This document shows, piece after piece, positions 10,767 to 20,605 of a DNA stretch of 64,000 nucleotides. The position numbers and the translations under genes were made by a program. Every line of letters begins with the position of its first letter. The stretch's first letter is position 1. Source of the DNA: an uncultured Chloroflexia bacterium (GTDB lineage: Bacteria > Chloroflexota > Dehalococcoidia > DSTF01 > JALHUB01); contig OY970386.1 in NCBI GenBank assembly GCA_963719465.1, positions 981,789 to 1,045,788 on the forward strand. Reading direction: 5' to 3'. The notes under the pieces are model-generated. The model was not told the DNA's origin. It was given only the letters and a program-made list of their open reading frames with translations, and did not search any database.

Positions 10767-11339
10767 TCAATCAGTAAGACGAAACTGGCTGGGCAAAAGT
10801 TCCCGCTTCTGGAGAAGGCGTTCGCGGAGACGGGCGCGGCCGCGGCTGAGACGCGACTTCACGGTTCCGGGCGAAAGACGGAGGGTCTCCGCTATCTCTT
10901 CGTAGCTGAAGCCCTGCACGTCGCGGAGGACGACGACCGCCCGCTGGTCGAGGGGGAGCGACAGCAGGCCCCACTGGATGTGACGGGCGAGCTCGCCGCG
11001 TTCCGCCGCCTCTTCCGGCGATTCGGACGGGTCGGGCAGGTCGAGGGGCGAATCGTCATCGGACGCATCGTCGAGGGAGAGCTGCGGGTGGCGCGAGCGG
11101 CGGCGCAGCTCATCGGTGCAGGCGTTGACGGCGATGCGCAGCAACCAGGGGCGGAACGCGTCGCTGCGGCAGTGTTCAACGTTTCTGAAGGCGCCTAGGA
11201 ACGTCTCCTGCGTCACGTCTTCTGCGGAGTGCGCCGAGCCGAGCATTCGAAGGCAGACGCTGAAGACGGTATCCTGGTACGCCTCCACGAGGACGTTGAA
11301 GGCGGCGGGATCGCCTTCGCGGCAGCGTCGCAGGAGCAC
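10767..11339 (-). CDS. RNA polymerase ECF sigma-70 factor
   Basis: 190 aa. Sigma-70 region 2 (FLGAFRNVEHCRSDAFRPWLLRIAVN) and region 4 (LSLPLDQRAVVVLRDVQGFSYEEIAETL). The true start may lie slightly upstream. Confidence 0.85.
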   Translation of the reverse strand: MLLRRCREGDPAAFNVLVEAYQDTVFSVCLRMLGSAHSAEDVTQETFLGAFRNVEHCRSDAFRPWLLRIAVNACTDELRRRSRHPQLSLDDASDDDSPLDLPDPSESPEEAAERGELARHIQWGLLSLPLDQRAVVVLRDVQGFSYEEIAETLRLSPGTVKSRLSRGRARLRERLLQKRELLPSQFRLTD

Positions 11340-11523
11340 GCCTTCAGCGAGGTCGGTGAGAGGGCCCTGGCGGGTCAGGATGCACCTCCGCAGATTCGGA
11401 TCGTTTCAACAAGTTTAACAGAATGAGGGTAGACTCTGCCGCCTTCACAGGTTCTAATAGGATGGCCGCCGACTCCGGTCCGGCGTCTTATGGTAACAAT
11501 TCGGCCGCCGGAGAGTTTAGGAT

Positions 11524-12375
11524 GTGGAGGCATGCTATAATCGTGGCAAGGCAATGCTAGGAGAACCTCGCGATAACCTCGTCGAGGAGCCCGAGAAGGC
11601 CGACGACAAGAAGAAAGGGAAGTCTTCTCGACGTTCTTCCGAGGCTTCCTCAAACGACTTCATCTGGTCGACGGAGACGGGCCTGCCGATTGATTACGGC
11701 CCCTGGACTGTGGAGGGGCCCCATCCACCGATTGGAAGGAGGTCTCGATTCTCCGGCGTTGGCAGACTTGTCCGCGATTTCGTCGAGATCGCCATCTTCG
11801 CGCTGCTCCTTTTCATCGGCCTGCGGCTGGTCGTGCAGAACTTCCGCGTCGAAGGGTCGAGCATGGAGGGCACCCTTCACGACGGTCAGCTCATTCTGGT
11901 GAACAAGGCGGCCTACCTGAAGGTGGACTTGGGCTTCCTTGATTTCCTTCCGCTCGTTCATTTCGATGACAGCCCGCATTATCTGTTCGGTGCGCCGCGG
12001 CGCGGCGACGTTATCGTCTTCCGCTTTCCGGATCAGCCGGACCGCGACTTCATCAAACGCGTCATCGCCGTGCCCGGGGAACAGGTGGAGATCCGCGACG
12101 GGCTTGTCTACATCAATGGAAGGCCTCTTGACGAAAAATACATACCGGATAAAGACGAGCACGATTTCGGGCCCGAGCTGGTGCCGGACGGCCAGTACTT
12201 CGTCATGGGGGACAATCGCAACAACAGCTATGATTCGCGCAGCTGGGGATTCGTGCCGGAGGGCAACATTATCGGGCGGGCGTGGGTCTCTTACTGGCCG
12301 TTCAAGTCATTCGGGCTGGTCTCCGATCCCAATATCCAGCCGATGGGGACGGGAACGCAAGGGGCCTCACCTTGA
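11524..12375 (+). CDS. lepB: signal peptidase I
   Basis: 283 aa. S26 motifs: SMEGT (Ser), RGDVIVF, KRVIAVPGE (Lys), GDNRNNSYDSR. Confidence 0.85.
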   Translation: MEACYNRGKAMLGEPRDNLVEEPEKADDKKKGKSSRRSSEASSNDFIWSTETGLPIDYGPWTVEGPHPPIGRRSRFSGVGRLVRDFVEIAIFALLLFIGLRLVVQNFRVEGSSMEGTLHDGQLILVNKAAYLKVDLGFLDFLPLVHFDDSPHYLFGAPRRGDVIVFRFPDQPDRDFIKRVIAVPGEQVEIRDGLVYINGRPLDEKYIPDKDEHDFGPELVPDGQYFVMGDNRNNSYDSRSWGFVPEGNIIGRAWVSYWPFKSFGLVSDPNIQPMGTGTQGASP

Positions 12376-12926
12376 ACGATGAGCTCCTGGAGATGCTGCG
12401 CCGGGCCGGCGCCGTGCTCGACGGGCATTTCAAGCTCACCTCCGGTCGACACTCCGACACCTATTTCGAGAAGTTCCAGGTCCTTCAGTATCCCGCCTAC
12501 ACCGTGCGTCTGTGCGGCCTGATTGCAGACCACTTTCGAGGCAGCGATGTCGAACTGGTGGCAGGGCCGACGACGGGAGGTGTGATTCTCAGCTTCGAGG
12601 TTGCGCGGCAGTTGGGCGTGCGCGGCATCTTCGCGGAGACTGTCGGCAGTGAACGGCGCTTCTTGCGCGGTTTTCGCGTGAATGCCGGCGAGCGGGTGCT
12701 GGTGGTCGACGACGTGCTGACGACGGGCGGCAGCATACGGCAGGTTATCGACGCGGTTCGGCAGGCTGGCGGCGAGCCCATCGGCGTCGCGGTGCTGGTG
12801 GACCGAACGGGCGGGAAGGCCGACTTCGGACTGCCGTTTTTCGCGTGTCTGGAGCTCGTCGTGCCGTCGTACGATGCGGCGGACTGTCCGCTTTGCCGCG
12901 ATGGCGTGCCGATCACCGAAACGTAG
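12372..12926 (+). CDS. pyrE: orotate phosphoribosyltransferase
   Basis: PRPP-binding motif VLVVDDVLTTGGS and GHFKLTSGRHSDTYF. TTG start overlaps the lepB stop. Confidence 0.85.
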   Translation: MNDELLEMLRRAGAVLDGHFKLTSGRHSDTYFEKFQVLQYPAYTVRLCGLIADHFRGSDVELVAGPTTGGVILSFEVARQLGVRGIFAETVGSERRFLRGFRVNAGERVLVVDDVLTTGGSIRQVIDAVRQAGGEPIGVAVLVDRTGGKADFGLPFFACLELVVPSYDAADCPLCRDGVPITET

Positions 12927-13005
12927 CCACCCAGGTTTTCTCTTCGCCTCGTCGGATTCGAACCGGTTTGACAGGTCTTCAGAGGCTCCCCTATATTGCT
13001 TCTTG

Positions 13006-13080
13006 GGGCCGTTAGCTCAGCGGCAGAGCTCCGGACTTTTAATCCGGGAGTCGAGGGTTCGAATCCCTCACGGCCCTCCA
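13006..13080 (+). tRNA. tRNA-Lys (anticodon TTT), CCA encoded
   Basis: 75 nt cloverleaf. Acceptor GGGCCGT/ACGGCCC, D-arm GCTC..GAGC, anticodon stem CCGGA/TCCGG with loop CTTTTAA, T-arm GAGGG-TTCGAAT-CCCTC, then CCA. Confidence 0.9.
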
Positions 13081-13177
13081 GACGGCTTTTCTGAATCTGA
13101 AATTCGGGAGGAGCGCTCGACCGGCGTCCTCATCCTGGCCTTCGTCGCAAGTTTCTTGCTTCAGGGGCTCTAGGGGA

Positions 13178-13501
13178 TCAGGCGGGCCGCGGCTGATGCG
13201 AGCCCTGATGGACCCCAGTGCGCGGCCAGGACTCCATGCGCAGGCAGGGGCCGATGCGGGTAGAGACGCCGTCGGAACTGGTGAGCAACTCGCCCACGTG
13301 GTTGTAGAGCCGATAACGGATGTTCTCACCAATCCCGGCTGGCAAGTCGAGGAGAAGCTCTCCTTCTTCGGAGCTAATCCTGATGCCTTCCGGGAATGTG
13401 GAGGTTTCGCCTGATTCAGCCACGAGGCGCCCGCTGGAGTCGTAAAGGCAAAACCGGACGTGCGGGCGGCCTTCCGAGTCTGCCGCGATATTCAGGATCA
13501 A
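13178..13501 (-). CDS. hypothetical protein (possibly a gene remnant)
   Basis: 107 aa ORF with TTG start. The beta-rich N-terminal part looks protein-like, but there is no recognisable domain and the C-terminus is low-complexity. Confidence 0.25.
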   Translation of the reverse strand: MILNIAADSEGRPHVRFCLYDSSGRLVAESGETSTFPEGIRISSEEGELLLDLPAGIGENIRYRLYNHVGELLTSSDGVSTRIGPCLRMESWPRTGVHQGSHQPRPA

Positions 13502-13601
13502 CTCGCCGGTCGGTCCGTCAAGGAACGAGATGGATGTGCCCGGCCGTCTATGTCCTAGCCTCGTACGTACCTCCTGCGCCGGCGCGCGGATGGTGTGTCG
13601 A

Positions 13602-13904
13602 CTAATGGCCCTTGACTCTGCGGCGAGAACCGCGCGTACCGCGACCGCCGCGTTGCCGCCCTCCGGACGGTGGCTGATCCACCACTACGTCCATGGTGCG
13701 TCCTTTGAGCTCGACGCCCTTCAACGCGTCGATAGCGAGAGCGGCGGCGGCGTCATCAAGCTCGACGACGGCAAAGCCGCGGGCATGGCCCGCACGGTCC
13801 CGCGCGACCCGCAGCGAGTGTATCTCGCCGAAGGGGGAGAAGAGGGCCTGCAAATCGCTGGCGGTAGCATCAGCAGATAGGTTGCCAACGTACAAGAAGG
13901 TCAA
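13602..13904 (-). CDS. RNA-binding protein, RRM domain (RNP-2 LYVGNL, RNP-1 RGFAVVEL) with RG-rich tail
   Basis: 100 aa. Classic bacterial Rbp-type RRM plus a Gly/Arg-rich C-terminus. Confidence 0.85.
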   Translation of the reverse strand: MTFLYVGNLSADATASDLQALFSPFGEIHSLRVARDRAGHARGFAVVELDDAAAALAIDALKGVELKGRTMDVVVDQPPSGGRQRGGRGTRGSRRRVKGH

Positions 13905-13995
13905 CTGTCTTCCCCGCAGCCGAATCAGCCACGGGCCGTGCTTTTGCTGCGTCCCGGAATCGACCGCACGCAGCGCTGGGTCGAAGGTTCAGCCT

Positions 13996-14310
13996 CTAGT
14001 AGCGACCGCGGCTCGGCGCGCGTGACGCGAAGCAATCGCGGCAGTAGACGGGCCGGTCTCCGCGCGGCTCGAACGGGACCTCGGCGGTCTTTCCGCACTG
14101 AGCGCATACGGCGGAGTACATCTGGCGAGCAGATGCTCTGTAGCCTTCGCGGCTATCGCCCCGCTCCGACTTCCGGGCCGCTCGGCAGGAGGCACAGCGC
14201 TTGGGCTCATTGGAAAAGCCACGACTCGCATGATACTCCTGGTCCTCAGCCGAGAACGTGAATTCGGCGCCGCAATCGACGCAGGTCAGGGTTTTGTCTG
14301 TGTAAGACAC
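13996..14310 (-). CDS. zinc-ribbon protein with two CxxC...CxxC modules (internal duplication)
   Basis: 104 aa. CVDCG...CASC and CAQCG...CRDC modules. GTG start with AAGGAGG RBS. Co-oriented with, and upstream of, the RRM gene. Confidence 0.7.
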   Translation of the reverse strand: MSYTDKTLTCVDCGAEFTFSAEDQEYHASRGFSNEPKRCASCRAARKSERGDSREGYRASARQMYSAVCAQCGKTAEVPFEPRGDRPVYCRDCFASRAPSRGRY

Positions 14311-14706
14311 TCAACGACCTCCTTGGGGTCTGCCATTCCTCAGTCGCCGAGTGCAAAACAAATGGTTGGGGATTGCGTTGCAGTTCGAGGACAGGGACAA
14401 TTACCGATGCACAGAGTATAGCACACTTTAGCGCCCCCGTCACTTCTAGGCAGATGGCGGCGGGTCCGCGCTGCGAATCAGGCCGACGCAGGCAGATCCG
14501 AGCAGCGACAGCGGCCCGCTGACACCCAACGCCTTTACCTTTGCAGGACTGGCCACGGGTGCTGCATTCCTGCTAGCAATTGCTGGCTGGTACGCCAGGA
14601 GGCGTCGGCTGGGGTAGCTCGCATCCCTGCCGCACACTCGACGACGCCCTTCAATCTGGTCGTTAGATGCCACGCGGGCCCGCTTCGCCTTCACGCCGGC
14701 CGGCAG

Positions 14707-15600
14707 CTACCAGGCAGGGCCAGTGTCGACCACGCTATTGTGTGTCAGCCTCGTCTGATCGCTGCCATCGGCGTTCATTATGTAGATCTCGTCGTTGCCG
14801 TCCCGGTCGCTCGCAAAGGCGATCTTGGCGCCGTCGGGCGACCACGTGGGAAAGACGTTGTTCCCCAGGTCGTTGGTCAAGTTCGTCTGGCCGCTGCCGT
14901 CGGGGTTCATCACGTAGATCTCCTCGTTGCCGTCCCGGTTGCTCATGAAGGCGATCTTCGAGCCATCGGGTGACCAGGCGGGCAGGGCATCAACACCCGC
15001 ACTGTGGGTCAGATTCTTCTGGCCATTGCCGTTCGCCTTCATCACATATATCTCGTCGTTGCCGTCCCGGTCGCTCGTGAAGGCTATCTTGGAGCCGTCC
15101 GGCGACCAGGCCGGGACCTGATCGTTCGCTGCGTTGTTTGTGAGCCGAGTCTGACCGGCGCCGTCAGCGTTCATCACGTAGATCTCGTCGTTGCCGTTTC
15201 GGTCGCTCGTGAAGGCGATCTTCGAGCCGTCAGGCGACCAGGTTGGCAAGATATCGTTCGCGCCGCTGTCGGTGAGCCGCGTCACGTTGCTGCCGTCGGC
15301 GCTCATGACGTAGATACTGAAGGCGCCGTCGCGGTTGCTCTCGAAGGCGATCTGCTTCATGTCCGGCGACCAGGCAGGGGAAGTATCATCCGCGGTGTTG
15401 TCCGTGAGGCGGGTCTTCGGGCCGGCGGCGTCAGCATTCATCACATAGATCTCTAAGTTGCCGTCCCGGTTGCTCACGAAGGCGATCTTGGCGGTGTGCC
15501 ACGACACGCAGCCGGACAGAAGGAAAGGCAGGACAGCACCAATAAGAACAGGAATAACCAACCTATAGCGGGGACGGCTCCTTCCGTTGAACATATCCAT
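14707..15600 (-). CDS. TolB-like PD40 beta-propeller lipoprotein (copy 1 of a tandem pair)
   Basis: 297 aa. LSGC lipobox followed by ~6 PD40 repeats ([27 protein letters not shown]). Near-identical to the next gene. Confidence 0.75.
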   Translation of the reverse strand: MDMFNGRSRPRYRLVIPVLIGAVLPFLLSGCVSWHTAKIAFVSNRDGNLEIYVMNADAAGPKTRLTDNTADDTSPAWSPDMKQIAFESNRDGAFSIYVMSADGSNVTRLTDSGANDILPTWSPDGSKIAFTSDRNGNDEIYVMNADGAGQTRLTNNAANDQVPAWSPDGSKIAFTSDRDGNDEIYVMKANGNGQKNLTHSAGVDALPAWSPDGSKIAFMSNRDGNEEIYVMNPDGSGQTNLTNDLGNNVFPTWSPDGAKIAFASDRDGNDEIYIMNADGSDQTRLTHNSVVDTGPAW

Positions 15601-15643
15601 CTCCTTTGGCTAGCACCGTAGGATCGGCCTGACCGACCGGCAG

Positions 15644-16537
15644 CTACCAGGCAGGGTCAGTGTCGACCACGCTATTGTGCGTCAGCCGCGTCTGATCGCT
15701 GCCGTCGGCGTTCATGATGTAGATCTCATCATTGCCGTCCCGGTCGCTTGTGAAGGCGATCTTGACGCCGTCGGGCGACCAGGAGGGAAACATGTCGTTC
15801 CCCGGGTCATTGGTCAAGTTCGTCTGGCCGCTGCCGTCGGGGTTCATCACGTAGATCTCCGCGTTGCCGTCCCGGTCGCTCATGAAGGCGATCTTGGAGC
15901 CGTCGGGCGACCAGGTGGGCATCAAGTCATCAGCGGCACTGTCGGTCAGGTCAATCTGGTGATTGCCATTCGCGTTCATCACGTAGATCTCCTGGTTGCC
16001 GTTCCGGTCGCTCATGAAGGCGATCTTGGAGCCGTCGGGCGACCAGGTGGGGTGCCGATCGCTCGCTGGGTTGTTGGTGAGCCGAGTCTGGCCGGTGCCG
16101 TCGGCATTCATCACGTAGATCTCGTCATTGCCGTCCCGGTCGCTCGTGAAGGCGATCTTGGAGCCGTCGGGTGACCAGGCGGGCATCTGATCGGTTGCGC
16201 CGTTGTTGGTGAGCCGAGTCTGACCGCTGCCGTCGGCATTCATCACGTAGATTTCGCCGTTGCCGTCCCGGTCGCTCGTGAAGGCGATCTGCTTGCCGTC
16301 CGGCGACCAGGCAGGGTAGATATCAGCCGCGGCGTTGTTGGTGAGACGGGTCTTCGGGCCAGCGGCGTCAGCGTTCATCACATAGATCTCTTGATTGCCG
16401 TCTCGGTTGCTCGTAAACGCGATCGTAGCGGTGCGCCATGACACGCAGCCGGACAGAAGCAAAGGCAGTACGGCGCCAAGAACAAGGGCAATGATTAGCC
16501 GATGGGGGGAACGGCTCCTTCCGTTGAACATATCCAC
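15644..16537 (-). CDS. TolB-like PD40 beta-propeller lipoprotein (copy 2 of a tandem pair)
   Basis: 297 aa. Same architecture as copy 1. The ~937-bp tandem duplication includes the upstream leader. Confidence 0.75.
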   Translation of the reverse strand: MDMFNGRSRSPHRLIIALVLGAVLPLLLSGCVSWRTATIAFTSNRDGNQEIYVMNADAAGPKTRLTNNAAADIYPAWSPDGKQIAFTSDRDGNGEIYVMNADGSGQTRLTNNGATDQMPAWSPDGSKIAFTSDRDGNDEIYVMNADGTGQTRLTNNPASDRHPTWSPDGSKIAFMSDRNGNQEIYVMNANGNHQIDLTDSAADDLMPTWSPDGSKIAFMSDRDGNAEIYVMNPDGSGQTNLTNDPGNDMFPSWSPDGVKIAFTSDRDGNDEIYIMNADGSDQTRLTHNSVVDTDPAW

Positions 16538-16744
16538 CTCCTTTGGCAGGCATTCTAGGCGCGGCCTGACCGACCGTCAATCGCCACTCGTTGGCCGCCT
16601 GCGCCGACATCTCAGCGTGGCGAGGGCATCCGCTGAGCTCCTGACGCGCGGTTTCTTCCCTGCAAAGGCCCTTCGACGTTACTATACTTCTGTAAAATGG
16701 ACTCTTTCGGCGACGACAGTCATAGCACAAGCAAAGGAACTCCA

Positions 16745-17854
16745 ATGATTAAGTCCAGGCTCTGCGACCTCATCGGCATCAAGTACCCCATAATCCAGGC
16801 GGGCATGGGGCCCTTCAGCAACAATAACCTTTGCGTGGCGGCGGCAAACGCCGGGGTGCTCGGGCTGCTTTCGACCAGCGGCGTCTTCAACAAGGACACG
16901 CAGCCCTGGGTCTACAAAGGCTTCGTCAGCACCGCCGGCGCGAATTACGACGATGACATGTCCACCGTTATCGAGAAGGTGCTGAAGCGGACCTACGGCC
17001 TGGTCAAGGACAAGGGCGGCATCTTCGGCATCAACGTGATGGTCTCGGCGGAGGTCCTCGACCGCTCGAAGGTCATCGTGGACACGGCTATACGGGTGCG
17101 CGAGGAGAACCCCGACCTGAAGAAGCACTTCAAGGTCATCTTCACGTCGGCGGGCGACCCGGTGGGCTGGCACGACAAGATCAAGGACGCGGGCTTCACC
17201 TGGATGCACGTCGTGCCGTCGGTCAAGGGGGCGCTGCGGTGCAAGAAGGCGGGCGTGGACGTCATCGTCGCGTCCGGCCACGAAGGCGGGTTCCACACGT
17301 CATGGGAGCCGGTGCACTCGATGATCCTGCTTCCGGCGGTCGTCGAAACGGTTTCCGACGAGAATACGCTGGTCTGCGGCGCTGGCGGCTACTCCGACGG
17401 CAGGACGCTGGCGGCGGCGCTGGTGATGGGCGCGGACGGCGCGCAGATGGGGACGCGCTTCCTGGCGACGCAGGAGAGCGACTTCCACCTGATGTGGAAG
17501 CAGGCGGTCGTGGACTCCGGCGACAGGGCGACGCTTGTTGCGCGCGGCGTCGTTGGGCCGGCGCGATGGCTGAAGACGCCGCGCAGCGTCGAGCACGCCG
17601 CCAACACGCTGAAGAAGTCGCCGGGCGTCTTCCTCGGGACGCCGGACGACTACAGCACGATGGACATGTCGCTGCTCGACTATGAGATCGAGTCGATAAA
17701 GGCTGTCTTCGATGGCGACAGGGAGAAGGCGATGATGGCCGCCGGCGAAGTGGCGCAGCGCATCCAGGACATGCCCAAGGTCGACGACATGGTGCAGCAG
17801 ATCGTGAAAGACGCGGAGACAATCCTGCGCAACGTTCCGAGGCTGCTCGCCTAG
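16745..17854 (+). CDS. nitronate monooxygenase / 2-nitropropane dioxygenase family (FabK-like) FMN oxidoreductase
   Basis: N-terminal IIQAGMGPFS motif and TIM-barrel NMO family features. ATG at 16745 follows an AAGGAA RBS. Confidence 0.8.
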   Translation: MIKSRLCDLIGIKYPIIQAGMGPFSNNNLCVAAANAGVLGLLSTSGVFNKDTQPWVYKGFVSTAGANYDDDMSTVIEKVLKRTYGLVKDKGGIFGINVMVSAEVLDRSKVIVDTAIRVREENPDLKKHFKVIFTSAGDPVGWHDKIKDAGFTWMHVVPSVKGALRCKKAGVDVIVASGHEGGFHTSWEPVHSMILLPAVVETVSDENTLVCGAGGYSDGRTLAAALVMGADGAQMGTRFLATQESDFHLMWKQAVVDSGDRATLVARGVVGPARWLKTPRSVEHAANTLKKSPGVFLGTPDDYSTMDMSLLDYEIESIKAVFDGDREKAMMAAGEVAQRIQDMPKVDDMVQQIVKDAETILRNVPRLLA

Positions 17855-17873
17855 GCGCTCCGAGGGTGTTGCG

Positions 17874-18527
17874 CTAAGGCTGGCAGCGCGCCACGAAGAA
17901 CATCGGCACAGGCCCGCCGGTCGGCACATCTTCTATCTTTGACGATGCAAAGAAGGCCGCCCGCACGAGCGCGTCGAGATTCCACACAAACGGCATTCTC
18001 CCGGCCTTCGCGGCGAGGTTGAGGTACCAGCGCGGAACCGTTCGCTGCCCGAAGATGCTCACCCACGTGAAGCGGCCCGCGAGCAGGGACTGGAATTCGA
18101 CCGGGCTGAACTCGACGGTGTGATAGGCGCCCAGCCTGTAAGAAGCATCCCCGTTGGGCGTCGAGATGAAAGCGATGCCGCCGGGCTTGAGCACGCGCTT
18201 CAGTTCGGAAAGAAGGGGCTTGATGCGCGCGACGGGCAGGTGCTCGATCGTCTCGAACGACACGACAACGTCCATAGAGGCGTCGGACAGGGCGAGCGCC
18301 GACGCGTCGCCGACGACGTACTCAACGTTCGGGCGGCGGTAGCGCGACCGCGCATATTCGATGGCCGCGGGCGAGACGTTAATCCCACAGACGTATTTCG
18401 CGCCGGCGTCGGCGAGGAGCGCGGACCCATAGCCTGACCCGCAGGCGACATCGAGCACGCGCCTGGACACGACGCTGCCGGCCGCGAACCGGTATCGCGC
18501 CTCATGCAGGCGATACAGGTGGCGCAT
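17874..18527 (-). CDS. class I SAM-dependent methyltransferase
   Basis: 217 aa. Motif I VLDVACGSGYGS and motif post-I/II. Methyltransf_11-like. Confidence 0.8.
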   Translation of the reverse strand: MRHLYRLHEARYRFAAGSVVSRRVLDVACGSGYGSALLADAGAKYVCGINVSPAAIEYARSRYRRPNVEYVVGDASALALSDASMDVVVSFETIEHLPVARIKPLLSELKRVLKPGGIAFISTPNGDASYRLGAYHTVEFSPVEFQSLLAGRFTWVSIFGQRTVPRWYLNLAAKAGRMPFVWNLDALVRAAFFASSKIEDVPTGGPVPMFFVARCQP

Positions 18528-18755
18528 GTAGAACGGCGTCTCATCCGGGACCAGACGCTCGAGCTTTCTTGCGATGGTCTCTCACTCCGGAACGAAGTTC
18601 GACTGCCTTCGACGAATCAGTCGATGAGAAGACCATATTGGCCGCCCTCGGTTGCGTCAAGGCGGGCCCGCGAAATTGCCTGCTCGTCGCAGCGGCGCGA
18701 TAATCGGCTCTGGCGCGCTCTCGAAGGCGCTTCAGCCACAGGGAGGAGACGAAGC

Positions 18756-19724
18756 ATGAAGGCAGCAGTCTACTACGAAACCGGCCCGCCCAGCGTCTTC
18801 CGATACGAGGACGTGCCGAACCCGCAGTGCCATCCGAGCGGCGTCCTCATCGACGTGAAGGCCGTGAGCATAGAGGGCGGCGACATCCTCAACCGGGCAA
18901 TGGGCGTGATGGCTTCGCGGCCGCACATCGTGGGCTATCAGTGCGGCGGCACGATCCGAGAGGTCGGCGCCAACGTCAGAGACCGTTTCGTCGGCCAGCG
19001 GGTCGTGGCCACCGGCCCCTACGGCTCGCACGCGGAGATCTTCTCAGCGTCGGCCCGCGCTACCTGGCCAGTTCCAGAGGGCCTGGAGCTGGAAGTGGCG
19101 GCCTGCGTGCCGATCCCCTTCGGAACGGCCGACGACTGCCTCTTCGAGTTCGGGCATCTGCAAGCCGGCGAAACGGTGCTGATCCAGGCGGGCGGCGGTG
19201 GCGTGGGCCTCGCGGCGATTCAGCTCGCGAAAAGGGCGGGCGCGACGGTCCTGGCGACGGCTTCGACTGACGAGAAGCTGGAACGGCTGCGTGAGTTCGG
19301 GCTGGACCACGGCATCAACTACGCGCGCGACGACCTGGTGGAAGCCTGTCGAAGGCTGACCGGCGGCAAGGGCGTGAACCTGGCTATCGATTCCGTCGGC
19401 GGCAAGACGCTGGAAGATAGCGTCAGGAGTCTTGCGTACAGAGGGCGGGTGATCAGCATCGGTCAGACGGCCCGCGCCCCCAGAAAGCCGGACGTGGCGT
19501 TCCTCATGGAGGGCAATCGCTCGTTGACGGGCATGGCTTTCAGCGTCGAGATGGCGGTGAATACGGAGCACGCCAGGAACCTCGTCTCGCGACACCTGGA
19601 AGACGTGGCGGCAGGGAGCTTGCGGGTCGTGATCGATCGCACGTTTCCGCTGTCGGAAGCGGCGGCCGCGCACGCCTACATCGAAAGCCGCAAGGCCTTT
19701 GGCCGCGTGCTCCTGATACCGTAA
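18756..19724 (+). CDS. NADPH:quinone oxidoreductase / zinc-binding alcohol dehydrogenase family (MDR)
   Basis: 322 aa from the ATG at 18756, with GGGAGGAG RBS. Starts MKAAVYYETGPP and has a Rossmann motif GGGGVG. Confidence 0.85.
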   Translation: MKAAVYYETGPPSVFRYEDVPNPQCHPSGVLIDVKAVSIEGGDILNRAMGVMASRPHIVGYQCGGTIREVGANVRDRFVGQRVVATGPYGSHAEIFSASARATWPVPEGLELEVAACVPIPFGTADDCLFEFGHLQAGETVLIQAGGGGVGLAAIQLAKRAGATVLATASTDEKLERLREFGLDHGINYARDDLVEACRRLTGGKGVNLAIDSVGGKTLEDSVRSLAYRGRVISIGQTARAPRKPDVAFLMEGNRSLTGMAFSVEMAVNTEHARNLVSRHLEDVAAGSLRVVIDRTFPLSEAAAAHAYIESRKAFGRVLLIP

Positions 19725-19879
19725 CAACCCCACGCGTCTGCGGACGATCTGTAACAAATTGCACGGGCCCAACGGCTCAAGGCCTTTGCCCGCGTGCCGA
19801 CTCTCTAGGTAAGATGCGGTGAGTCGCGCTGGCGACGGCCGCAAATCCACGACATTTGTTCCATATAAGGAGGTGTAAC

Positions 19880-20524
19880 GTGCGACGGAAGTTCATCGTT
19901 TTTCCCCTTTTCGCCGGCCTGCTGCTCCTCGTTGCTTTCGGCACAGGGGCCCGCTGCATCATGGCCACAGCGACGCAGGTGACCGACGGCGACACCTTCG
20001 ATGCGACGGCGAACGACGCCTTCGGCTGGGGTGGCGACTGTCCGGTGACCGACGGCCAGCAGTACCACGTACGCCTCATTAACGTCGACGCTCCCACGGG
20101 CGACGAGTGCTACGCGCAGGAGGCGAAAGACTACCTGACAAACCTGATCGAGGGGAAGCGCGTGTGCCTCGCCCGCGACGTCGGCTGCCGCGACTCCAGC
20201 GGCAATATCCTGGCCTACGTTGGAGTGAGCCAGGACCCAGCGGGTATGGGCTGCGACACTTTTGTCAACGCTGAGATGATCCGCAACGGCTACGCGCGGA
20301 CGGCAACGACCGGTTCGCCTGCGGCGCTGCGCTGGCTTCTCAACTTCCTGCAGTGCCAGGCATACCGGCAGCAGGCCGGCATGTGGGGCGCCTGCCCGGA
20401 CCTTGCGCCGCCTCCCAACTGCCCCGGCGCTCCGATTGCGACCGGCACACCGAAGGCGCATCCCACGCGAACCTGGGGAAAGACCAAGACGCCAGAGCCC
20501 GCCACCGCGACTCCCGCGCCCTGA
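19880..20524 (+). CDS. secreted thermonuclease (SNase-like) with Thr/Pro-rich C-terminus
   Basis: GTG start after AGGAGG. Signal peptide or lipobox (LLLLVAFGTGARC). SNase motifs DGDTF, RLINVDAP, YAQEAKDYL, NAEMIRNGYA. Confidence 0.7.
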   Translation: MRRKFIVFPLFAGLLLLVAFGTGARCIMATATQVTDGDTFDATANDAFGWGGDCPVTDGQQYHVRLINVDAPTGDECYAQEAKDYLTNLIEGKRVCLARDVGCRDSSGNILAYVGVSQDPAGMGCDTFVNAEMIRNGYARTATTGSPAALRWLLNFLQCQAYRQQAGMWGACPDLAPPPNCPGAPIATGTPKAHPTRTWGKTKTPEPATATPAP

Positions 20525-20605
20525 CACGGATGATCGCATCGATCGAAGAGGCCCGACAGAACGCCGGGCCTTTTCTTATGCGGGCAGCGGTTGCTATGCG
20601 CCTGG

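Noticed and set aside
13081-13600. Integrated element at the 3' side of tRNA-Lys
   Set aside because: No integrase, no direct repeat of the tRNA 3' end and no compositional shift. Only a small doubtful ORF follows.
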